Source: a virus
Taxonomy: Duplodnaviria; Caudoviricetes
Length of the DNA: 26,059 bases
Strand: one strand, 5' to 3'
Virus record (IMG/VR): IMGVR_UViG_3300037504_000207
Span: 1 to 26,059 of that record
Shown: positions 1 through 9,900 of the stretch, one piece after another
Layout of the letters: each line of letters starts with the position of its first letter
Position numbering within the stretch: position 1 is the stretch's first letter
The notes under the pieces: model-generated
Database searches by the model: none
What the model saw: only the letters and a program-made list of their open reading frames with translations
Told to the model about the DNA's origin: nothing
Made by a program: the position numbers and the translations under genes

Positions 1-620
1 CCGGTCACGCCCGCGCTCGTTGGTGTTCGTGTCGGGCCCGTCGGCTCTTCTTGTGGTTCTTCTTCTTGCTGACCACCCAATCGCGCTTGCTTGGCCTCGA
101 TAGCTTTACTCATCGACATGATGAAATTCCCCTCCGAAGACATGTCCAGCGTCTTCGCTTCGGGGTCGCTATCTTTGATCCACACGCCAGCATCTTTCAT
201 CATCTGCCATGCTGCTTGCGTTGTCGGGTCTGGGGCATCCTTGGGGTCTGGCACACCGCCGCCTGCCTGGGCGGGCTGCGTCGGCGTGGGTCCCGTCTCG
301 GAAGCTGCTTCTTTGCGTGCGGCTTCTTCTTCCTTCTGCCGCATCCGTGCCTTCACGTCATCCGGTACCTCGCTGCCCATTTCTGCCTGGGCATCAAAGT
401 AGTTGTCCAACGCGTCAAGGCGCTCCCGAACTCGCTGGTTGCCCTTGTCATACAGGCTTTGCGACCGGCGGAAAGCTCGTTCTTCTGCTTCTCGGGCCAA
501 TCGCTCCGCTTCGTCTCGAGTAAGGTACTCGGGTTGGCTTGTCTCCTGCCCCTCTTCCGAAGGGGTCTCCTGGGGCTGCCCAGCCTCAGGTTGAGCAAGG
601 ACCTTTTCCTGGTCACTCAT
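1..620 (-). CDS. Probable capsid scaffolding protein (partial, runs off the left edge; not in ORF track)
   Basis: GGAGG RBS then ATG at 620; open frame MSDQEKVLAQPEAGQPQETPSEEGQETSQPEYLTRDEAERLAREAEERAFRRSQ... to the window edge; acidic, helical/disordered; first gene after a late-type promoter. Function inferred from composition and position. Confidence 0.55.
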   Translation of the reverse strand, partial: MSDQEKVLAQPEAGQPQETPSEEGQETSQPEYLTRDEAERLAREAEERAFRRSQSLYDKGNQRVRERLDALDNYFDAQAEMGSEVPDDVKARMRQKEEEAARKEAASETGPTPTQPAQAGGGVPDPKDAPDPTTQAAWQMMKDAGVWIKDSDPEAKTLDMSSEGNFIMSMSKAIEAKQARLGGQQEEEPQEEPTGPTRTPTSAGVT

Positions 621-652
621 CAATACCTCCTAATATAGGTGGTTGGTTAAAC

Positions 653-696
653 AAAAAAGACCGGAGCATCCGCCTATTACAGGCGTAGCCCCGGTC
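653..696 (-). terminator. Leader hairpin with U-tract (intrinsic terminator/attenuator), copy 1
   Basis: Minus strand GACCGGGGCTACGCCTGTAATAGGCGGATGCTCCGGTC-TTTTTT; homologous to 16566-16604. Confidence 0.75.
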
Positions 697-734
697 AGTT
701 TTTCCTAAACCGTATTTATTTGATTGTTGTCATT

Positions 735-763
735 ATTATAGTATAAAACTAGCTATTGTGCAA
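735..763 (-). promoter_or_regulatory. Sigma70-type promoter, copy 1
   Basis: TTGCAC (763-758), 17-bp spacer, TATAAT (740-735). Confidence 0.8.
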
Positions 764-934
764 GTACCTCAAGTTCTCCAGCGCAACCCACAACCCATAC
801 CTGCGCCAGTCATCAACGAAGGACTGAAACGGTGTCAACTCAAGCACAATCCAACCAAAGGCAGTGGTTATATTCGTGATCGGCTTCACCACTATTCGCT
901 TCTGTGTAAAGAAATCAATCAACTTACCCATCAT
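749..934 (-). CDS. Small hypothetical protein (61 aa)
   Basis: Start overlaps the stop of the giant gene (ATGA-type coupling). Confidence 0.6.
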   Translation of the reverse strand: MMGKLIDFFTQKRIVVKPITNITTAFGWIVLELTPFQSFVDDWRRYGLWVALENLRYLHNS

Positions 935-3900
935 CGAAACTCGCTCCGAAGCGTCTCCTCAACAAACTCACTGAACTTGCCGCCCGGTCTCCCTTGCGCT
1001 TCCCACTCCTGGCGCAACGCCCGCCGCGCACCCGCACCCAACGACTGCCCATTGACGTAGTAGCCCATCAATTGGCGCATCAAGGCTGGGGCCAATCCGT
1101 CCAGGTCGAAGCTCGGTTCAGGCGGCTTGCGGCTTCTCGTGCCGCTGCCAAACGTGCCTTCAAAGCGCTCCAACATCTCCCGGGATCCCACGCTGTCAGG
1201 CCCAACATAGGCCCAAAGCTCAGGGTCCCACCGGAAGCCGTGCTCTCGCAAGGATAACCACTCGCTCCGTGATGTGCTCCGTCCCAGCTTGACAACGGCC
1301 TGGCCGGGGCGCAGGTGGCGATGAATACCTGTCCCAATCCCCCAAAGGCCGCCACCGCCGTCTCCATCCTGACCGATCAACTCTTCCATGCTGTCACGGC
1401 TGGTCAGGTAAGGTTCCATCTCAGGGTATTCTTCCAACACCGCCCGGCGCCAGTCCCAATACTGCCTCAGTTCGGGGTGCTGTCCCAAGAACGCCCGCCG
1501 CTGCGGTTTCGGCAGCTCAAAATACTGCGACTGTGTAGCGTAGATGTTCGGGAAGTGCTGCACCCGTGCCGCCTGGTATTCGTAATAGAGCTCCTGAATG
1601 TTGTCCGGGGCATCCTTGATCTTGGATGTCCCCAGCTCGTCGATCAGCTCGGGGTGTTCGTTCAGGTACACGTTCTTCCAGTCCCAATACTGGCGCAACT
1701 GGGGGAACCGTTTCAGGAACTCAACCCGCTTATTCTCTGGCGTGTCGAAGTAAAGCGCCTGCAACTGCTCTATGTTGCCCGGGTTCGCTTCGCCCATCGC
1801 CTGGGTATACTGTTTGTAGGCTTGTGCCAGCTCCGCATCCACCAACGGGTCAAGCTGGTCAACCGGCCCGGCCATGTCCAGGTCGTCGCCGCCCAGCATC
1901 CGGGACCATATCGCCAGGGTTTCGGTGTCGATGGCGTCATAGCTGCGTGTCTCTTTGTCCAGGAACGCGTTCTGGAACGTCTCCCCAAACCGCTCCTTGG
2001 CTCTGTCCCTGGTCAGGTCGTCGGCTTCCATCCACTGGTCCCACACTTGCCCCACCAGGAACGAACGCATCATCGCCTGGGGGTCTTCCCAATCTCTCAT
2101 CTGCAAGCGGGCTTCGAACTCCGGGTACTCCTCGAAGAAGTTGGTCAGAGCATCCGGCTCGTCGCTCTCCAGGGCATCCACAAACACATCATGCAGCGCT
2201 CGTTGTCGCTCTTCCCCCGCAGGGAAGAAGTCCGTCCACAACGCCGAGCCCCAATACCGTGTCGCCTGGTACTTGCCCACCCGGTCGAGCGCCCGCGTCC
2301 ACGCTTCGCCCTGCTTGTCCACCATCGCACGCTGGGCCACTTCCAGGGGCATATCGCCTGTTGCTACCATGTTCGCCAGCTCTCGGATCACAAAGTAGTC
2401 CCCAAACTTACCCCGCTCAGGCCATCCCAGCGCCCGGCGCATCGGGCCTTCCAGGTTGATACCACCTGGTGTCGAGTACGCTGTCGCTGCTTCTACCATC
2501 CTGGTCACGGGCAAGCGGCTGATGTCTTCCGGCCTGCCATCCAATATCTTCGCCATCATGTCCAGCGGCAGGCTGTAGCCCGATAGAATCTGAATGAAGT
2601 CGAACGGGTTGGCGTTCTCACCTTCCACCCGTATGCGCCCCTCGGTCATCGCTTTCTCCCACAGGGGACCTTCTCGCATCTGCATCGCTTCGGCAGCCTG
2701 CGCCTCAGAGATCTCCCCATCCGCCATCCAGTCCTGGATCACATACGCCGCCTGTCGCTCGGTCATGTCCAGGTTCTCTTGGCGTTCATCCCAAGGACGT
2801 GCCAACTGCTCAAAGGGGAAGAGCTGGTGCCACGGGTCAATGTACAACCCGTCCCCCAGCCAGTCCGGCAGCCAGGGCATCGGTATCCGTATCTTGCCCC
2901 GCAAGCGGCTTGGCATCTCTTCGTGTCCTGGGTAGCGCTGCATCTTCTTCAGGCGGGCGTAGTTCGCCATCCAGGAGGGTTTGTCCAGCGCTCGCTTGGC
3001 CCACTGCACCGCGCTCCGCCCGTACCAAAACTGGTAGGGCAGCAGGGCCGTCACCACGTTGTCGATCCCCCGCCGTTTGTTGTAATTCAGCAGAGCCGCA
3101 TCCCGGCGCATCTCGCCGTGCCGCACCGCCGCCAGCTTGGTGTCGCTCAGGTTGCCATAAACTTGGTGGGTGTACTGCCGCAGCATCTTGGCAACGTTGG
3201 GGTCAAGCTCCGTGTTCGCCAAACTGGTCGGGATCGTGTCGTCGGCCAGCATCATCCCTTCCAACGTTTGCATCATCGGCCAGATCTGTTCGTTCCATCC
3301 TTCTTCACTAATGCGGTCGAACGGCGCTTCCGCTTCCAATTCGTCCAGCAGCCCAAATGGGCCGTTCACAAACCGGGGCGTCTCCCCTTCGAGCGGGGCT
3401 GTCTCCACCGTGCCGTCGGCGTTCTGGTACAAGATCCGTGGGTCGTTGGGGTCCCAGGTGCCGCGGTTGTTGACGCTCTTGATCTGCTCTGGCTCGAAGA
3501 CAACAATTTCCTCAATAAACCCATCCGGGCTCCTGACAATGATCCCATCGTGACCTTTCGATCTTACAAAATCAGCCAAGTAGGGGTCAGTCATGCTTGT
3601 CCCCGTGTGGTTATAGGGGTTCTCTATTTTGAGATATGCTTCCACAACCACAGGGGGTTGCTTTTCTATTCTTTCTAAATTACTTCTCCACCTAGCCTCA
3701 TACTCTCCTAGCGCTTTATACTCCGGGCTTTCGCGTCCCAAGTCTATACCAGCCATCATTGGTGTTGTCTCAAGCTCGGCTGCCGCATCTTTGTATTCTT
3801 GCCATAAACGACGAGCGGTAGGATCAAGCTCCTTCATTGCGTCTACGCCGTATTGTTTCGCCATCCATTCTGACGGGGTAAAGTAAATACCCTCTCCCCA

Positions 3901-6900
3901 ATCCCCTCTTTTCACCGTTTCGTATTTCGATATATCAAACGCCTCAAATTCTTCACCGGTACCATGAAACACCGGAAGCGGCTCGCCATCCTTATCGATA
4001 ACCTTACTATCCCCAAACCACCGCTTGAACTCGGGCGTGTCCGTCTCGTCGTACTGGCCCACTTGCAGCAGCCGCTTCGGGCCCTGCTCCGTGTCGAACC
4101 ACTCGCCTTCACCGGCGCCGCCCTTGGGCTGCTCCCATTCTGGTCTGTACGCTTCTTCAAACCCAGGCATCACGTCGGTCTTGGGCTGCTCCTTGGGGGT
4201 AAACGTCTCAGCCTGCGCACGCTGCGCCGCACCGCTGAACAGGGGCATGTCTTCGCCCTTGCCAAACATATCGAACTGGCCTTCTTTGGTAGCATTGAAC
4301 GCTTCATCATCCAGCAGCCGGTCGAACACGCCCCGGATATCTTCGTTTAGCTGCACGTCAATCGCGCTTCCCGTGATAGATCGATACACACTTAGAAGCC
4401 AGCGCTTGAACTGCTCGAACACTTTGCCCAGCTTGGCGTTAGGCGCTTTGCCTTCGGCCAAATACCGCTCGATCCCGCGGGCAAACTTCTCTTCGGCGTC
4501 AACATTCCACGTGTTCACATCGTCAGCGCCGGCCCACTCCGCCGCAATCGCCAGGTCATCGCCCTGCAAGTCCCTGCGGAAGATGTGCCCAACTTCGTGC
4601 GCCAAGGTAGACACGTCCGGGCTTTCCATCGCTCTGATGATCGCCCGCCCGTCGTCAAGGAATTGAATAGCGCCTTTGGCCCCCAGCCCAAAATTAGTAT
4701 AGCGTAGATCAGCTGTGCGCTGGTCATATTCCCCAGCCGTTACATACTCAGCAAAACGGGAAGGTATCTGGGCATCTGCAGCCTTGGCCGTTTCCATATC
4801 GGGAAACTGGCCTATAACTCTGGCCTGCCCTTGTGCGCCATCACGATAACGTGTATCTAATAAGAGAATGCTGTCTGGGTTTTTTGTGCCATATAGCTCG
4901 AGACTATCAACCGTTTGTTGAAGATCTCTTGGGTCGATTGAACCACCCTCGGCAAACCCGCCAATCCGAGAGCGCCACCACGCCGCCGCCGTGGAGTTGT
5001 TGTCCTGCGCCCATATCCTGGCGCGGGCGTCCATCAACTGCATGATCGCAGCCGCTTCTTCTTCATCCAGGTTGTAAATACGCAAGGCGCCTTCCAAGAA
5101 CATCTCCCGCGCATCGCCCGGGGCCAGCGCCTTGGGGTCGTCCACCGTCGCCTGCCAGTCGTCCATCAACCAGTCGGCCCGGCTGCGCTGCCGCACAACA
5201 TCCTGGTAGTGGTTCATCATCGCTTCGATCTCAGCCTGCTCCATCGCCGCAACGTCAGCCTGCACCGCGCCCGGCGTCGGCTCGTCCACCATCGTCTCGT
5301 CGGCAGCAGCACGCCCGTAAATATCTTCGGCAAGCTCCAGCCACCGCTGCGTAATCGTCTCCGAAGCATCCGGGGGCATCTTGGAAGCCAGGTCTTCAAT
5401 CATCTGCGCCGGGGTGTCAATATCGTCTGGGTTTATTGACAGTTGCTGTTCGATCTTGTACATCTCATCAAGCCAGTAATCTTCCGAGATGGCAATGTCC
5501 AAATACGCCCGGCCTTCAGGGTACACGTCCGGCTCGTCCATCAAGCCCAGCAAACGGCCAAACGCTTCATCCTTGATCCGCTGGGGGTACTTGCGCACCG
5601 GGTTCTCCAGGCCGTTCTTCATCTGGCCGATCAAACGCTGTGCTCTTTCCCCACCAATACCATGCAACCAATCCGCACCCTGGGGGTCATAGCCGCGTGG
5701 GTAAAAGTCTTCACCCTCCCGCAGCATCGCCATCAACATTGCTTCCACATCATCCAGGGTCGCGTGCTCGAACACGTAGCCATGCTCTTTGAGAGCCGTC
5801 AACAGGTAATCCAATTGGCGCCCGCTCTCCCGGAAGAACCCAGGGGGGACGCCCTTGATAGCGCCGCCCGTCTCCCCGGTCAGGTCAGCGCGTAACTCGG
5901 TTGATAACCCGCCGAAGTCTTCGTTGATGAACCGCTTCATGCTCTTGGGCGGGTCGGCGTGCATCTCCGCTTCCCGGGCCAGGTCATCCAGAATAAGGTC
6001 AAGCGGCTTTTTCAACACCGAATGCTTCTTGGTAAACTCCTGGTGGGTCATCGTTTCATCCGCGTCGATGCCCGTGTACGCCTTTGCCAAGGTCTGTGTC
6101 CGTGTCGGGGGCAGCGCTTCTTCGACAATATCGGGTTCGCCCAGGGCATCGGCAAAGATGTCTTCCTGCGCCGCCCGTGATTCGGCAATCTCTTCCACCC
6201 CATGCACCGCTTCTTCCAGCCGTATCTGCCGGTCTCTCGCCTGCTGCCGTCTGACAAACGCTTCCTCGACAATCTCTGGCGATAACTGGTCAAGGCTGTC
6301 CACTTCTTGCGATCCTTCTGTCCCCCACTTGCGGACGATGTTCAAAATATGTTGGTCAGCACCTGGTTTGTAGCGCCCTTCTTCCGTCGCTGTCTCGATC
6401 CCATAGCGGCTCGCCACATCCCGCACGTCGCCAGCCTTTCCGCGTACAGGCTCGCCCGCGTTGATAACGTCCCACGCTTCTTGCGGGGTCATCTGTTTCG
6501 TCTCGTCGATCGTGTAGCCCAGGTCCATCAGGTCGTTGCGCATCGCCCGCGTCATCATCACGGGTATCTCGACACTCTCCCCTTCTTGCGCCAACGCTTC
6601 CTTGGCCTTCTCGATCTCCGGCTTCTGTCCCTGCTCCCGCAAGAACGCTTCCAGGTCATCCACCCAGGTCACGCTCTCGTCCATCCTGGCCTGAATCTGC
6701 GGCCGGATGGTCTCGTTCAAGAACGTTGTCCATTCCTGGTCACGCGCCACCGGGTCGCTGAACTCTTGTTTGTCCAGCCAATCTTGGAAGATGAGCATGT
6801 CCCGCTTCATCTCTTCCCGAATATTCCTGGCCTTCTCCAGCCCCCGCCGTACGATCTCATCCGCACCCGTGGGGAACTCGTCACTGTCCCGCACCATGCG

Positions 6901-9900
6901 CACGAACATCTCGTCCATCTGCTGCATAACTTGGGTCTCGAGCGATCCGGTCTTGGCGTAAAGCTCTTGGTGCTGCTTGCGCAGGTCATCCCATGCGGCC
7001 CATCGCTGCTCGGGGGTGTCGTAATACGTCCGGTAGAAGTCTCGGATGTCTTCCCACTTCTGCGTGTAGAACCCATCCCAAAGCTCCTGTTTCTGCCCAA
7101 GCTGGTCGATCAATCCCCGGGCCACATCGCTGTCCACCCCAAAGGATTCACCAATCGCAAGGTAGGTCGCCTTGTGCCGGTTGTACATCGCCTTGTAGCG
7201 CGCCTTCTGCCGGGCGATCTGTCGCTCGATCTTGGCCTGGTACTGTCCATGAGTCAGGTCTTCACGTTGAGAGAAAATCTTCTCCCACTCGTGATAGTCC
7301 GACATCCGCATCATCGCCTCATCCATGAACACGTTCTCAGACAACTCGCGCCATGCCGCCTGCCCGCCTTCTAGTTCGATCTTATTCCTAATGTGTTGTA
7401 CCGCGTTCTCCAGGTTGTCTGCCTGCCGGTCCAACAGGCTCCCACTTACCGCTTCGTGTAGGTCGTCGAATACCTGCATCACATCATCAGCAGACTCGGC
7501 GCCTTCCAACCCGCCCCGCAGGAACTCGTACACACCAGACTGGTGCATCATCCCGCCCACGTCAGCGTCGTTCATTCCGTAGGCTTCGGCCAACCGGGGC
7601 ACATAATTGTCCACCGCTCTGCGTGTCACCCCGCCCCACAACGCATCTTCGATCTCTGCCTTGCTCATCCCACTCTCGATCGTGGCATAGATCAAGTTCT
7701 TCATGTTCGGGTCGATTGCATCCAGGGCGTTCTCCAGGGCAACGGGCATCCGGTCGAAGCCAGTCCCCCGCCGCCATGCTCTGCCCATGAACTGAGAAAA
7801 CGCAGCCGTGTAGGTCTGTTTGCTTGCCAGCGCTTCCATCTTCCCGCTTAGGTTGGAGAATAAACCGATCTTCTTTGAAGCCGACTTGGACTTGTCTTTG
7901 ATGCTTTGCAATACTCCATCTGTGCGCGTCGCTTCTCGTATCGGGTCGAGCACCTCAGCAGCATCGATCCCCCCGCCGCCTTCCGGCCCCACACCAGCGC
8001 CCAACCGCATCGGTGGTTCAATCCCTGCCCGCTTCCACACATCGTCGATCTCGCCGGCTGTACGAATACCAAAAGCGCCTTCGGCTACCGCCGTCACCGT
8101 GTTGTTGATCACATTGTTCACAAAATAGCTGGGGTTCAGCCCAAGCAGGGCCATGCTCTGCGCCGACTTGATCGTGTCAGCAAAACGGATGATCGCCGGG
8201 TCAGGCTCCACACCAAACCACTGCGCACCCCACTCCGACATATGCGTCAACATGCTCGAATATAAGTCCGCCTTGAACGCGTCTGCGTCCATGTGCATGT
8301 TGCCGGTCACCATTCCGTCGGCCCATTTCTTCATCACATCCGGGGTGAACTCGCCACCCTCGGCTGCTTCTAAGATAAACTGGGCGCTCTCATCACTCGC
8401 CTTGGCAACTTCATCCAAATACTGCCGGAACAGGGTATCAACGTGTTTCCCCTGGGCTACTTCGGCAATCACTTCCTTGGTCTCACGGCCCAGCGCATCG
8501 GCAATCCCATCAAACACCTTCCGGCCTGTCTCCCCTGCGTACCAATTGGCGATCAGCTCATCCGCCGTCTTGCCATAATCACGCAAGGCCATCGGAATAG
8601 CAGCCGCTTCCGGGGCGTTTAGGCTGTTCATCCCCAGCTCTCTCGCCATTTCGATGTCCGTTTGCCCCAGCCGCTTGACCATGCGGACCATCTCATCAGG
8701 TACATTGTCAGCGTGCTCCATCATCAAGGCCAAATTCACTTGCGCATTGTTGACCAGTTGGCTCGCCTTGGCCGCCGGGGTCAGGCCCACCATGCCCGTG
8801 ATCCCCTTGTTCCAGCCCATCGTCCCGGCCAGCGTACCAATCAGGATGCCAGCAGGAGCGCCAAAGCCAGTCAAAGCCGCAGCCAATCCCGTCGCACCAG
8901 CAGCGCCAGCAATCCCGCCAACACCGCCAAACAAGCCCATTCCCAACACGCTCCCCACACCGCCAGAAAAGGCCGCGCCAGAAGCTCTATTCAAAAAGCC
9001 AGGGTCCTTCACCGGTTGCTCCAACCAGCGCAAACCGCCTTCCTTCGTCACGCCAGAGAGCATCCGCTGTGTCCAGGTCAGGTCGTCCGCGTACTTGGCA
9101 GCATCACCGATCTCATCCGCCACCTTGAAACCCTGCCGGATGTTCTGGCCGTAATTCTGTAACATTCTTGTCGGCCTACCATCAGAAAGAGAAGCAGCCA
9201 GAGACAATGCCTTGTTGTTAGTCAGATCAGCAATACCTTTAGTCGCGCCCGTCACCGCATCAGGGATAAAGTCGATCGGGTCTAACATAAGCCCCATCAT
9301 CAACTCATTCACCTGGCCCGATGCCCCCGTCTTGATCGTCCATTCTCTCAGTACATCTTCGGGCGCATCTCCACGTTTCAGCTGCTCATAAATCCCCATA
9401 ACAGCGTCAAGGCCCACTTCATGCTCTGTCGGCCCTTCTCGCCAATCCCTGTTCGGGTCATAATACCCATCAGCATACCCCCATCGATGGGTTTTCAATA
9501 CATTCTTCTCAAAGTCGTCGACGATCTCAGCAACCGACTGCCCTTCTCGTATCCCCTGCACCGTCTCAGCATACGCGCCGCGCACCGTCATCGCAAAGCC
9601 AATCGGGTCCATCGGGCCCATTTCCCTTGCCATCTCGTGCGCTTTTTGGTTGATGCCTAACGCGGCGCCAACAGGGTCTCGTATCATGGTGCCCAGCTTT
9701 TGCAGCGGGCCGGGCGGCAGTGTCGCCAACCCTGTCTCAGCGTAGAAATGTCCCGCTTTCCAGGCAGCAGGCCAATTGTCCATGATCTCCTTGGCAGCAG
9801 AGATGGCGTTCATGTCGTCTTCTTTTGCCGTCTCTCTGTAAATGCCATACACCCCCATAGCACGCTCTAACCCCTCCCGTAGGTAATCGACCTTCATAAA

